Shown here piece by piece: positions 28,880-38,150 of a stretch of DNA of 64,000 nucleotides. Both the position numbers and the translations under genes were made by a program. Position 1 is the first letter of the stretch. Every line of letters starts with the position of its first letter. The stretch covers positions 2,042-66,041 of the forward strand of contig JBOFFH010000144.1 of assembly GCA_051648485.1 (NCBI GenBank). Reading direction: 5' to 3'. The stretch is from Fusobacteriaceae bacterium. Lineage in GTDB: Bacteria; Fusobacteriota; Fusobacteriia; Fusobacteriales; Fusobacteriaceae. A model generated the notes under the pieces. It saw nothing but the letters and a program-made list of their open reading frames with translations. It searched no databases and had not been told where the DNA came from.

Positions 28880-29314
28880 TTATTTTGTAGTAGTATCTAT
28901 ATCTAAAGAACTTGCTCCAGCTTCTTTAGCAACAGTCATAATTTCTACAATAAATCCATAATCTATAGATTTATCAGCACTTATCATAACATTTTTTTCG
29001 CTGGCATCACTCAATTTTTTAGCTAAAACTGTTTTTAAATCTGCCTTGTTTATTTTTTGTATTTCACTTTTACCATTTTCTTTAAAATTTAAAGTTATCT
29101 GTTTGTCTTTTGTAATAGCAATTTGAAATTCTTTTACGTCTTTTAATTCTTTTATTGTGGAAGTTGGTAAATCAATCACTATTCCACTTTTGTTATCATC
29201 AAAACTTGTGGCTACCAGGAAAAAGATTAACAAAAGGAAAACCACATCTATAAGGGGAGTTAGCTCCAATATGAGCTCTCCCTTTCTTTTTCTTTGAATT
29301 CTGTTTAGTCTCAT
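28880..29314 (-). CDS. exbD: ExbD/TolR family biopolymer transport protein
   Basis: ELTPLIDVVFLLLIFFL carries the conserved Asp-containing TM. The size is 144 aa and it follows exbB. Confidence 0.85.
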   Translation of the reverse strand: MRLNRIQRKRKGELILELTPLIDVVFLLLIFFLVATSFDDNKSGIVIDLPTSTIKELKDVKEFQIAITKDKQITLNFKENGKSEIQKINKADLKTVLAKKLSDASEKNVMISADKSIDYGFIVEIMTVAKEAGASSLDIDTTTK

Positions 29315-29322
29315 TTTATCTC

Positions 29323-29940
29323 CTATTTTCTAAAGAAGTTTATTATTTCAGCACTTGTTTTTTCCATTTCATGCACAGTTTCATCTATTTTTTTATTGAA
29401 ATAGTTATAGCATATCAAAGCTGGAATAGCTACTATAAGTCCTCCCGCTGTTGTTATAAGGGCTTGAGATATTCCACCAGCTAACACTGCAGGATCTCCC
29501 GTTCCATGTATTGCAACCGCTTGGAAGGCCTGTATCATACCAGTTACTGTTCCTAAAAGACCTAAAAGAGGTGTGGCATGAGCAACTATTGAAAGTATCC
29601 ACATGTTTCTCTCTAATCCTGGTATTTGTGTAAGAGAAGCTTCATAACTTTTTTCCTCTAAAGAAGTAATGTTCGTTGTTCCTGTTCTATACCAAAAAGT
29701 TAAAATTTCTTTAACTATTCTTGAAGAAGAACATCTATTTCCATTTAAAACTACAATTGCTTCTTTTACTTCACGCTTTTCTATGTGATGTTTTATAGCT
29801 ATTCTTATTTTAGAAAATTTTCCATTTTCATTCACTTTAAAATATATTGCACGCTCTATTACAACTGCAAAACCTGCTACAGACATCATTGCTATAAAAT
29901 ACATCAATAATCCACCATTTTTTAACCAATACATACACAT
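29323..29940 (-). CDS. exbB: ExbB/TolQ/MotA family proton channel
   Basis: The C-terminal half ATPLLGLLGTVTGMIQAF...ISQALITTAGGLIVAIPA matches the MotA_ExbB signature. Confidence 0.85.
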   Translation of the reverse strand: MCMYWLKNGGLLMYFIAMMSVAGFAVVIERAIYFKVNENGKFSKIRIAIKHHIEKREVKEAIVVLNGNRCSSSRIVKEILTFWYRTGTTNITSLEEKSYEASLTQIPGLERNMWILSIVAHATPLLGLLGTVTGMIQAFQAVAIHGTGDPAVLAGGISQALITTAGGLIVAIPALICYNYFNKKIDETVHEMEKTSAEIINFFRK

Positions 29941-29966
29941 CTCTCCTTATCCAATTAATTTTTTAA

Positions 29967-30266
29967 TTAAAATATTCCTAAAAATTTTTTCTTTTTTCCC
30001 TCTCTAACCTCTTCTTGAAGTTGGATAGAGTCTGTTTGAACAACTGTTATTCTTTGACGTTGCCTTTTTAAATTATCACTCACTATCTCCATGTTTGTAG
30101 ATTCTATTTTTTGATTTTTTAAGAGTTCGTTACTGTTCGTTATTTTTTTATATTCTAACTGTTGCAAATTTACCCCTGTTACCTCTTGCCCTATTATTGA
30201 AACTTCTTCACCTAAGAGAGTCAAACTGAGAGATAAAAGCGTTATCCCTAATACAATTTTCTTCAC
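29967..30266 (-). CDS. Small secreted protein (99 aa; signal peptide plus polar/coiled region)
   Basis: The start is re-assigned to GTG at 30266, with SD AAGGAGG 8 nt upstream and 1 nt after the TPR gene's TAG stop. The N-terminus VKKIVLGITLLSLSLTLLG is signal-peptide-like. Confidence 0.5.
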   Translation of the reverse strand: MKKIVLGITLLSLSLTLLGEEVSIIGQEVTGVNLQQLEYKKITNSNELLKNQKIESTNMEIVSDNLKRQRQRITVVQTDSIQLQEEVREGKKKKFLGIF

Positions 30267-30267
30267 G

Positions 30268-33108
30268 CTAAGCACCTCCTTTAAAGAAATCTTCATATTT
30301 TTTAGCTGTGCTAGCATCTAATTTTTTAAGTTCTTTATAGTATTGCTCAGCTGTTTTTTCTTGATTTCCTTTTAAATTTAAATAAACTAATTTTTCATAT
30401 GCAAAAACTTTATAATTTTTATTTTTACTTGTTTTAGAGATATCAACATACAATTTTGCAGCTTCGTTCATATTTTTCATTTCATAAAGTGCTGCCGCTT
30501 TTACTTTAGCTTCTTCTGCATATTGACTTTTTTTAAAGTTTTTAAAAACATTAATATAGCCTTTGATTGCGGAATCAGTTCTTTTAGATTTTTCATCTAT
30601 ATCTGCTAATTGGAAGGTTGCTAAATCTTTATAACTGCTTGTCATATTCAAAATACCCTTATAATACTGGGTAGCTTTTGAATATTCTTTTCTTTCATAG
30701 TGATACTTAGAAAGATTAACCAAAGCATACTCTTTATAACCTGGATTTTTTAAAAGATTTTCAAGTTCTACTTTAGCATTGTTATTAGCTCCTTTTTGAA
30801 GATATATTCTAGCTAACAAATATGATTTTTTTGTTTTATCTCCAAGTTCTTTAGCAAATTTTTCAGCTTCTGAATAATTTTTATTTTTCAAACTAGCTTC
30901 TGCTATTTTTTCAGCTGAACTTTCTTTTAAATAAGTTTCTTCTGTATTGTTGTAAATAGTTTTATAACTACTTACTATATCTGAATTTGATTTTAAATTT
31001 TCTGCCACTGAAGAAAAATTAGAAAGCAAATTTTCTTTGTAACTACTTTCAGGATACTTATTCAGAAACTCATTGCTTATTTTTTTGAATTCAGCAGTGT
31101 TTTTACTATCTGAGGCTACTTTTGCCATGGAATAAAGTGCTATTTCTTTATCTTTTTCATTGGTTCCATCTCTGTAGATATCTTCATATATCTTTCTAGC
31201 TCTTGCGTAATTTTTTTCTATCAAATATGTTTCAGCAATTTGAAGATTTGCTGAATCTCCTTTTTCTGTGTTTAAAAGCTTTTCAAAATACTCTCTACTT
31301 TTTATTGTATTTTCAAGTCTGAAATAACTCAACCCTACTTTTTCAGTAATATCTTTTTTATCTAAAGCGTTAGGGTTTTCCAAGTAGCTTTCACCTTCTG
31401 AAACAGCTTTAGAATAATCTCCCATTAAAAAATAATTTTTTATTCTATTTGCTTTGGCTTTTTGATACAGTTCATTTTGTGGATTATTAGCTATCATAGA
31501 TAAAACTCTTGCATAGTCAGATTCAGCTTCTGCATAATTTCCTGTTCCTGTAGCTGAAACTGCTCTCAGGTATCTATTTTCCGCATTGTCTTCTTGCTGA
31601 TCGAGTATCCCAGTCATCTCACCATATTTTTTTTCATTTACAAGAATGGCTGTAAGTGCTTTTAAAACATCAGAATCTTTATCTGTCATCAAGTATTCTC
31701 TATACAATCTTTCTGCTTCAGATGCTTTTCCATTATTATATAATGATTCACCTGCTGCTATATATATTTTTTTTCTATATTCTTTATCTCCAGGATAAAG
31801 TTTTTTGTAATCCGTTATTCTTTGTTCCACATCTTTTGCTGCATTCAATTTTCCACTCATAGTGATTACTCTAAAAAGATTATCTTTACTTGGAGTGTGA
31901 AGATTCAATCTAGAATAATAATCTCTTGCTAAAACAAAATCTTCAAGTTCATAAGCTGAATTTGCTATGATTATATTTATATTGTCGTTATCTTGCTGAG
32001 TTACAACTATTTTTTTAGCTGAATCTCTTTCTTTTAAAATTCTAGAATAGTCATTAAGTTTATAATATATTGCAAATTTATAATATATAGCTTGATTATA
32101 ATAACTCGTTTTTTCTAATTTTTGAAAATAAGGAAGTGCTTCTTTAAAGTTACCTTCTCTATAAAGAGAATAAGCATACCCATACATCGCTCTTGGATTA
32201 GTTTGTAAACCTGTTTCCAAATAATAAGTTTTGCTTTTAGAATAGTTTTCTTTAGAGGTATAAAAATCTCCTAAAATTACTGAAGCTTCTTTTTCCTCTG
32301 AACTTCCTTTTATTAACTGTGCAGTTTTATTTACCATATCTGAATTTCCAGCATTTGCATATATCTCTATTAAAGTTACTGCAGCTTTCTTTCCATAAGG
32401 ACTGTTTAAATTTTCTTTTACGAGTTTTTCAAAATAAAAAATACTTTTAGGAATATTATCCATTTTATAATAAGAAGTTCCGTACAAATAATCTATGGCA
32501 CTTTGATCTCTATTTTTATCTTTTAGCGGAACGTATCTATTTAAAATTTCTATTACCATAGTGTAGTTTTCATCATTATAGGCTGTAAGTGCCATATTAA
32601 ATGTTGCTGGATTTCTAAGCTCTTTTCCAGTTACTGCTACATTTTTAAAAGCTTTAAATGCATTTTCATAATCGTTTCTTTCTAAGTAAATAACTCCTGC
32701 ATCATAAACAGCTCTTTCTTTATATATTGTATTACCTGAAATAATATTAACGTATTTAGACCATTCAACTTCATTTTCCTCTATCAAATAAATTTTAGAA
32801 ATATAATAACATATTTCATCTTTTTCTTCTTGTGTCAATTGATATTTTTCAATAATATTACTAAAAACTTTTATAGCTTCTGAATAATTTTTTCTTATAT
32901 AGTACGTTTTAGCCAAACGTTCTTCAACTAGTTTTGAATTTTTTGAATTTGGGTATCTAATCAAAAATCTTTTTCCTTCAGATAAAGCCATCTCATAATT
33001 TTGTTGTTTATAAATTTGGTCTATAAAATTTAAATCTTCTTTTTCCCCTGCAAAAATAATTGCAGATATGAGAAAAGAACCAATTAATAAAATATTTTTC
33101 TTTTTCAT
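30268..33108 (-). CDS. Large TPR-repeat protein with signal peptide (about 945 aa)
   Basis: MKKKNILLIGSFLISAIIFAG is followed by dozens of 34-residue Y/A/L-pattern repeats (..Y..A...F......P.S.....A). The start is trimmed to the ATG at 33108 with SD GGAGAG. Confidence 0.8.
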   Translation of the reverse strand: MKKKNILLIGSFLISAIIFAGEKEDLNFIDQIYKQQNYEMALSEGKRFLIRYPNSKNSKLVEERLAKTYYIRKNYSEAIKVFSNIIEKYQLTQEEKDEICYYISKIYLIEENEVEWSKYVNIISGNTIYKERAVYDAGVIYLERNDYENAFKAFKNVAVTGKELRNPATFNMALTAYNDENYTMVIEILNRYVPLKDKNRDQSAIDYLYGTSYYKMDNIPKSIFYFEKLVKENLNSPYGKKAAVTLIEIYANAGNSDMVNKTAQLIKGSSEEKEASVILGDFYTSKENYSKSKTYYLETGLQTNPRAMYGYAYSLYREGNFKEALPYFQKLEKTSYYNQAIYYKFAIYYKLNDYSRILKERDSAKKIVVTQQDNDNINIIIANSAYELEDFVLARDYYSRLNLHTPSKDNLFRVITMSGKLNAAKDVEQRITDYKKLYPGDKEYRKKIYIAAGESLYNNGKASEAERLYREYLMTDKDSDVLKALTAILVNEKKYGEMTGILDQQEDNAENRYLRAVSATGTGNYAEAESDYARVLSMIANNPQNELYQKAKANRIKNYFLMGDYSKAVSEGESYLENPNALDKKDITEKVGLSYFRLENTIKSREYFEKLLNTEKGDSANLQIAETYLIEKNYARARKIYEDIYRDGTNEKDKEIALYSMAKVASDSKNTAEFKKISNEFLNKYPESSYKENLLSNFSSVAENLKSNSDIVSSYKTIYNNTEETYLKESSAEKIAEASLKNKNYSEAEKFAKELGDKTKKSYLLARIYLQKGANNNAKVELENLLKNPGYKEYALVNLSKYHYERKEYSKATQYYKGILNMTSSYKDLATFQLADIDEKSKRTDSAIKGYINVFKNFKKSQYAEEAKVKAAALYEMKNMNEAAKLYVDISKTSKNKNYKVFAYEKLVYLNLKGNQEKTAEQYYKELKKLDASTAKKYEDFFKGGA

Positions 33109-33179
33109 CTTCTCTCCTTTGAACATTGTTTTACCTAGCATGCTCCTTTATTGCTCATATTATATCATACTTCAAATAT

Positions 33180-33219
33180 AAAAAACAGTCTAAATAAGGG
33201 TTTATCCTATTTAAACTGT
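33180..33219 (-). terminator. Intrinsic terminator after dnaN
   Basis: Minus strand acagtttaaatagga-taaac-ccttatttagactgt (about 14 bp with one mismatch and one bulge), followed by ttttttatattt. Confidence 0.55.
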
Positions 33220-33228
33220 TTTATTTTT

Positions 33229-34353
33229 TTATGCTCTTAAAGCTAATGGCATTACAATATATAAATATTTATCGTTTGATTCTTTTTTTATTCTTACCGA
33301 ACCATCGTATGTTGTAAATTCTGCAAAAACTTTATCATTAGAATTTAAATTTTGCAAAAATTCTATTAAAAATTTTGTATTTAAAGATATTTTTATGTCG
33401 TCTCCCACATAATCCACATTCGACTCTTCATTAATCTTTGCAATTTCGTTAGAACCTGTAATAGTCATTTTTCCATCTTTCAATTCATATATTGCACCGT
33501 ATTTAGATTCACTATTATTTCTAACAAAAATTATTACTCTTTTCAACATATTTAAGAAATCACTAGAAGATATCGTTAGTTTTTTATCATAGTTTAAATT
33601 TTTTAGTATTCCTTCATAATCTGGAAAAGGTAGTTCTACAACTCTACTACTTATAAGAGTATTTTCTATTTCAAATCTAGTATTTTTTGATGTAATATGA
33701 ATTTTTACTTTTCCATTATCCAAAGTTTTTAAAAGTTTAGTCAAAGCATCAACTGTATTTAGGGGTAAACTCACAGAGAAATCTCCATTTATTTCCATTT
33801 CTTTTTCAAAATACACAAGTCTATACGTATCTGTTCCTATAAATTTTAAAACTTTTTTTTCAGCAACTATTCTTATGCAACTAATTCTCATGTCATCACT
33901 ACTTTGTGAAGCTGCAAATTTTGTTTTTTCGAAAGCTTCAACTAGTTCTGAACTTTCCATTTCTACAGTTATTTCTTCCTTTAAAAGTTCTCCGTTTATA
34001 TAATTTTTTGGAAACTCTTCCCAGTTCATAAGAGAAAACTCTGTGGAAGAATCCTCTGTTTCTATTAGTAACGTAAATTCATCTGCCTTAAGGTTTACAT
34101 ATTCATCTTTTAATTCTTTTAAATATTCATCAACTATTTGATGTTGAAATACCATTTGTCCATGAGATTTTATTTCAGCATCCATAGATGTTATTATCGT
34201 TATTTCTAAATTTGTACCATAAAATTTCAATTGATTATTTTCTGTTTCTAAATATGCACAAGATATTATCGGCTTTATCTTATTTTCTGAAATAGCCTTT
34301 TCTATTGTTTTTATTTTTTTTAAAAATTCTATTCTATTTACCCTTGCTTCCAA
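33229..34353 (-). CDS. dnaN: DNA polymerase III beta sliding clamp DnaN
   Basis: 374 aa with a three-domain repeat pattern. The N-terminus is L.K.......I....PIL.....E.....L...GTNLEI-like and the C-terminus is YLYIVMPL. Confidence 0.9.
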   Translation of the reverse strand: MEARVNRIEFLKKIKTIEKAISENKIKPIISCAYLETENNQLKFYGTNLEITIITSMDAEIKSHGQMVFQHQIVDEYLKELKDEYVNLKADEFTLLIETEDSSTEFSLMNWEEFPKNYINGELLKEEITVEMESSELVEAFEKTKFAASQSSDDMRISCIRIVAEKKVLKFIGTDTYRLVYFEKEMEINGDFSVSLPLNTVDALTKLLKTLDNGKVKIHITSKNTRFEIENTLISSRVVELPFPDYEGILKNLNYDKKLTISSSDFLNMLKRVIIFVRNNSESKYGAIYELKDGKMTITGSNEIAKINEESNVDYVGDDIKISLNTKFLIEFLQNLNSNDKVFAEFTTYDGSVRIKKESNDKYLYIVMPLALRA

Positions 34354-34367
34354 CTTTTTCCTCCCTG

Positions 34368-35174
34368 CTATACTCTTTGTTCTTCGTATTTTGTTTTTAA
34401 TTTTTGAAGAGTTTTTTTCTCTATCTGTCTAACTCTTTCTCTGGTTATATTAAAAACTTTACCAATTTGATCTAAGGTTTGAATTTCACAGCCATCTAAT
34501 CCATATCTCCAAGTAAGAATTTGTTTTTCTCTTAAACTCAAATGTTCTAACATCTCTTTTGTTTTTGTTCTATGCATTCTTTCTAAAATTTCATCTTCCA
34601 AATTACTACCATCTGAAAAAATAATAGTATCTTGTAGATATATATCCTCTGAGACAGTTATATTTAAAGATACTGTTTCTTGAAATTCCAACATAACTTT
34701 TTCAATTTGAACAGTACTCATACTCAGTTCTTTTGCAACTTCTTCTATATTTGCAACTTTATCATTATTTAAAAAACCATTTATCATTTTTTTATTTATT
34801 TTACTGATCAAATCATGTTTATAAGATGGAATTCTTATATCTCTACCCTTATTTATTAAAGCTTTGCTGATTGACTGCTTTATCCACCATACTGCATAAG
34901 TTGAAAACCTTGTTCCCTTATCCAAATTAAATTTGTCAATTGCATAGATAAGTCCTATGTTTCCTTCACTCACAAGGTCAATAAGACTCATCCCACGAAT
35001 ACTATACTTTTTAGCAACATTCACAACTAATCTTAAATTTTTAAGTATTAGCTCTTGTTTTGCTTCTTTATCACCCAGCTGTGCTGCTTCTAAAAGTACA
35101 ACTTCCTCTTCCCTTGTTAGAAGTTTATATTTTTTTATATCATCTAAATATAATGATACTAAATCTTTTTCCAT
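34368..35174 (-). CDS. Sigma-70 family RNA polymerase sigma factor (regions 1.2-4 present; compact RpoD/RpoS-like)
   Basis: YLDDIKKYKLLTREEE (region 1.2/2.1), DLVSEGNIGLIYAIDKFN..G.RFSTYAVWWIKQSI (2.2-2.4), IRIPSY (region 3) and LDQIGKVFNITRERVRQIE (4.2). The start may be ATG 35174 or TTG 35201. Confidence 0.85.
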   Translation of the reverse strand: MEKDLVSLYLDDIKKYKLLTREEEVVLLEAAQLGDKEAKQELILKNLRLVVNVAKKYSIRGMSLIDLVSEGNIGLIYAIDKFNLDKGTRFSTYAVWWIKQSISKALINKGRDIRIPSYKHDLISKINKKMINGFLNNDKVANIEEVAKELSMSTVQIEKVMLEFQETVSLNITVSEDIYLQDTIIFSDGSNLEDEILERMHRTKTKEMLEHLSLREKQILTWRYGLDGCEIQTLDQIGKVFNITRERVRQIEKKTLQKLKTKYEEQRV

Positions 35175-35204
35175 AATATTTTTCAACCCCCATATTTCCA
35201 AATA

Positions 35205-36203
35205 TTAAAACTCTTCTTTTAGGTCCCTCATCATAAGAGTCGCCACAACATCTTTTGGTTCTGCTTCTTCATATAGAACTTCATAAATTCCTTTTACAAT
35301 TGGCATCTCTACTCCAATTTTTTTAGCACTTTCATAAACTGCCTTAACAGTAGGCACCCCCTCTGCCACCATTATCATTTCTGAAAGTATGTCTTTTAAT
35401 TTTTGACCTTTTCCTAACTTTTCTCCCACATATCTGTTTCTACTGTGTTGACTTCCACAAGTAACTATTAAATCTCCTATTCCTGTAAGTCCTGAAAATG
35501 TTTTTTCTTCTGCTCCCAGTGCCATTCCATACTTTATCATCTCTGCCAAACCTCTTGTCATAAGAGCTGCTTTTGTATTATCTCCATAACCTATACCATC
35601 AGCTATTCCTGATCCGATAGCCAAACAGTTTTTTACAGCACCACCTATTTCAGCTCCGATTATATCTTTTCCCGAATAAACTCTGAAACTTTTATTGTTG
35701 AAATATCCTTGTACTTCTTTTGCAACTTGTAAATCTCCTACTGCCACTATAGCAGTTGGAACTCCTGATGCTACTTCTTCAGCGTGAGTAGGCCCTGATA
35801 AAACAACTATATTTTTATGAAATTTCCCAAAAACTTCATCTTTTATAACTTCAGAAAGTCTTTTGCCCGTTGATATTTCAAGCCCTTTTGCTGTATTTAC
35901 AAGTATCATATCCTCTTTTATTTGACTAGAGAATTTTTTTACAACTTCTCTTAACACTTGAGATGGAACTGAAAATACAACCATTTTTGCATTTTCTAAA
36001 ACTTTCTCTACATTGCTTTCTATTTTAATATTCTCAGGAAATTTCATTCCAGGAAGATATTTTTTATTTTCTTTATCATTTCTTAAATTTTGGGCTTGCT
36101 CTAAATTCCATTCCCACATTGTAACTTCATGACCGTTTTTAGCTAAAATTAATCCTAGTGCTGTTCCCCAACTTCCAGAACCAATTATTACAACCTTTTT
36201 CAT
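35205..36203 (-). CDS. gpsA: NAD(P)H-dependent glycerol-3-phosphate dehydrogenase GpsA
   Basis: Rossmann motif VVIIGSGSWGTALG, plus KG.E, GGAVKN and SRN..VG motifs. Confidence 0.95.
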   Translation of the reverse strand: MKKVVIIGSGSWGTALGLILAKNGHEVTMWEWNLEQAQNLRNDKENKKYLPGMKFPENIKIESNVEKVLENAKMVVFSVPSQVLREVVKKFSSQIKEDMILVNTAKGLEISTGKRLSEVIKDEVFGKFHKNIVVLSGPTHAEEVASGVPTAIVAVGDLQVAKEVQGYFNNKSFRVYSGKDIIGAEIGGAVKNCLAIGSGIADGIGYGDNTKAALMTRGLAEMIKYGMALGAEEKTFSGLTGIGDLIVTCGSQHSRNRYVGEKLGKGQKLKDILSEMIMVAEGVPTVKAVYESAKKIGVEMPIVKGIYEVLYEEAEPKDVVATLMMRDLKEEF

Positions 36204-36221
36204 AAAAGTCTCCTTGCATAT

Positions 36222-36833
36222 TTATTTTTTAACATTGAATTTATTTTCTGTTCCTTTTCTCAAACGTTCAATATTACTTTTGTGTTTGTATATAACGAAA
36301 ATTGCCACTAAGAATGCCACTATAAAAAGTGGAACTCTTTCTACTTCAGGTTTCATATCCATAAAAATAACTAGAAATGGTAAAATTCCTGCTCCTATTA
36401 CAGAACCTAAAGATATGTACTTCGTGAAATACACTACCAGTGAAAATATCACAAATACCAACAAAATTCCTTTTGGAAAAAGAAATAAAAAAACTCCTAA
36501 GCTTGTTGCCACACCTTTTCCACCATTAAAATTTAAAAATATTGAAAGTGTATGACCTATTATAGACACTAACCCTAAAGAAATAAGTGCTGTTCCTGTT
36601 ATACCAAAAATTGAACTTGCAACCAATAATGGGAGATAACCCTTTAAAGCATCTAGTATTAAAACTAAAATTCCATATTTAGCTCCTAAAGTTCTATAGG
36701 CATTTGTTGCACCCGAATTTTTACTTCCATACTCTCTTATATCTATATTTTTAGAAATTTTCCCTACCCAAACTCCATTAGGTAACGCTCCAAAAAGATA
36801 ACTTATTACAACCATGATTAAAAAATAAACCAT
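36222..36833 (-). CDS. plsY: Glycerol-3-phosphate acyltransferase PlsY
   Basis: YLFGALPNG, GSKNSGATNA and FNGGKGVATSLG match PlsY motifs 1-3. The start is set to the ATG at 36833. Confidence 0.95.
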   Translation of the reverse strand: MVYFLIMVVISYLFGALPNGVWVGKISKNIDIREYGSKNSGATNAYRTLGAKYGILVLILDALKGYLPLLVASSIFGITGTALISLGLVSIIGHTLSIFLNFNGGKGVATSLGVFLFLFPKGILLVFVIFSLVVYFTKYISLGSVIGAGILPFLVIFMDMKPEVERVPLFIVAFLVAIFVIYKHKSNIERLRKGTENKFNVKK

Positions 36834-36915
36834 TTGTTTCAACTCCAATCTTATTTTTTTTAATTAACTATTTTTTTTATTATATCAATTTTTATCAGAA
36901 AAATAAAGCATTTCT

Positions 36916-36962
36916 TTAAAAAGAAAGCACTTGAAGTTTTCTTTCAAGTGCTTTCTATATTT
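36916..36962 (-). terminator. Intrinsic terminator after malic enzyme gene
   Basis: Perfect 14-bp arms agaaagcacttgaa (36922-36935) and ttcaagtgctttct (36943-36956), with T-runs on both strands. Confidence 0.75.
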
Positions 36963-36970
36963 TTTTATAT

Positions 36971-38149
36971 TTATTCTCTACAAAGTTTTTGTTCTTTGGC
37001 TATTCTTTCTACCTCTTGTGCTACTGCTTCAGCTACTCTAGGATCAAAAGGATTAGGAATTATGTAATCTACTGTCAATTCCTCTTCTTTAAGCAAACTA
37101 GCTATTGCATAAGCTGCAGCCATTTTCATCTCTTCTGAAATTTTTCTAGACTTAGCTCTTAAAGCACCTTTAAAAAGTCCTGGAAAAGCTAATACATTGT
37201 TTACTTGATTAGGATAATCTGAACGACCCGTTCCAACTATTTTAGCACCAGCTCTTAAAGCTAGTTCTGGCATAATTTCAGGTGTTGGATTGGCCATAGC
37301 AAAAATAATAGCATCTTTATTCATAGTTCTTACCATCTCTTCAGTTAAAGCTCCCCCTACAGAAACTCCTATGAATATATCAGCATCTTTAATTGCCACT
37401 GTTAAATCTCCAGCAATATCATTTTTATTTGTAAGTTCAGCTAGTTCAGCTTTAGAGAAATCGTAAGTATCTTTTTCTGATCTTCTTAAAATTCCATGTT
37501 TATCTAAAACTATAATTTCTTCTACACCTAATTCTTTTATAAGTTTAGTGATTGAACTTCCTGCTGCTCCAGCTCCATTTACCACTACTTTAGCTTCAGA
37601 TAAATTTTTCTTTAATAATTTATAAGAATTCAATATTCCTGCCACTGTTACTATAGCTGTTCCATGTTGATCATCGTGAAACACTGGGATATCTAGCTCT
37701 TCTTTCAGACGTTTTTCTATCTCTATACATCTAGGAGCTGAAATATCTTCAAGATTTATTCCACCAAAACTTGGAGCTATATTTTTTATAGTTCTTATTA
37801 TTTCTTCTGTATCTTTAGTATCTAAAGCAATTGGAAAAGCATCTATCCCTCCAAATTCTTTAAATAAAATACATTTTCCTTCCATTACTGGAAGAGAAGC
37901 TTCAGGTCCGATATCTCCTAAACCTAAAACTGCTGTTCCGTCTGTAATAACTGCAACCATATTTCCTTTAGCAGTATATTTATAAACATTATTTTTATCT
38001 TTTGCTATTTCCAAACAAGGTTGAGCAACTCCTGGAGAATAAGCTAAACTTAACTCTTCTTTAGTTGTTACTGGAACTTTCGAAATAACTTCTATTTTTC
38101 CTACAAATTTTTCATGAAGTTTCAATGATTCTTCGTAAACGTTCGACAT
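36971..38149 (-). CDS. NAD(P)-dependent malic enzyme (short, single-module form)
   Basis: LAYSPGVA, VAVITDGTAVLGLGDIG, FGGINLEDI, FHDDQHGTA and GAGAAG match the malic enzyme signature. Confidence 0.9.
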   Translation of the reverse strand: MSNVYEESLKLHEKFVGKIEVISKVPVTTKEELSLAYSPGVAQPCLEIAKDKNNVYKYTAKGNMVAVITDGTAVLGLGDIGPEASLPVMEGKCILFKEFGGIDAFPIALDTKDTEEIIRTIKNIAPSFGGINLEDISAPRCIEIEKRLKEELDIPVFHDDQHGTAIVTVAGILNSYKLLKKNLSEAKVVVNGAGAAGSSITKLIKELGVEEIIVLDKHGILRRSEKDTYDFSKAELAELTNKNDIAGDLTVAIKDADIFIGVSVGGALTEEMVRTMNKDAIIFAMANPTPEIMPELALRAGAKIVGTGRSDYPNQVNNVLAFPGLFKGALRAKSRKISEEMKMAAAYAIASLLKEEELTVDYIIPNPFDPRVAEAVAQEVERIAKEQKLCRE

Positions 38150-38150
38150 C

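Noticed and set aside
28570-28961. Two overlapping plus-strand ORFs (86 and 124 aa) and a locally GC-richer, internally repetitive stretch (gttactggttttggtt occurs twice).
   Set aside because: The stretch is antisense to the Pro-rich spacer of TonB (KPKPVTQPKPVT repeats). The repeats and GC rise follow from Pro/Thr/Val codons, and there is no independent start or SD signal.
22548-35201. Searched for an origin of replication near the dnaB/dnaX/dnaN cluster.
   Set aside because: Only scattered single 9-mers with one mismatch to TTATCCACA were seen (for example inside the sigma gene, and near 12671, 16340 and 29950). There is no clustered array, AT-rich unwinding element or dnaA gene in the window.
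36214-36555. Plus-strand 113-aa ORF. Similar antisense ORFs lie at 198-395, 2150-2347, 3085-3270, 5095-5343, 10022-10442, 11650-11886, 12816-13007, 13575-13946, 15535-15795, 16063-16356, 18146-18382, 29405-29602, 31656-31862, 34957-35208, 38493-38957, 39800-39991, 43227-43459, 45868-46074, 48379-48981, 50066-50368, 51555-51815, 54815-55066, 59332-59517, 61966-62376 and elsewhere.
   Set aside because: All are embedded in, and antisense or out of frame to, confidently recognised genes. They lack SD sequences and have biased composition. They are treated as shadow ORFs.
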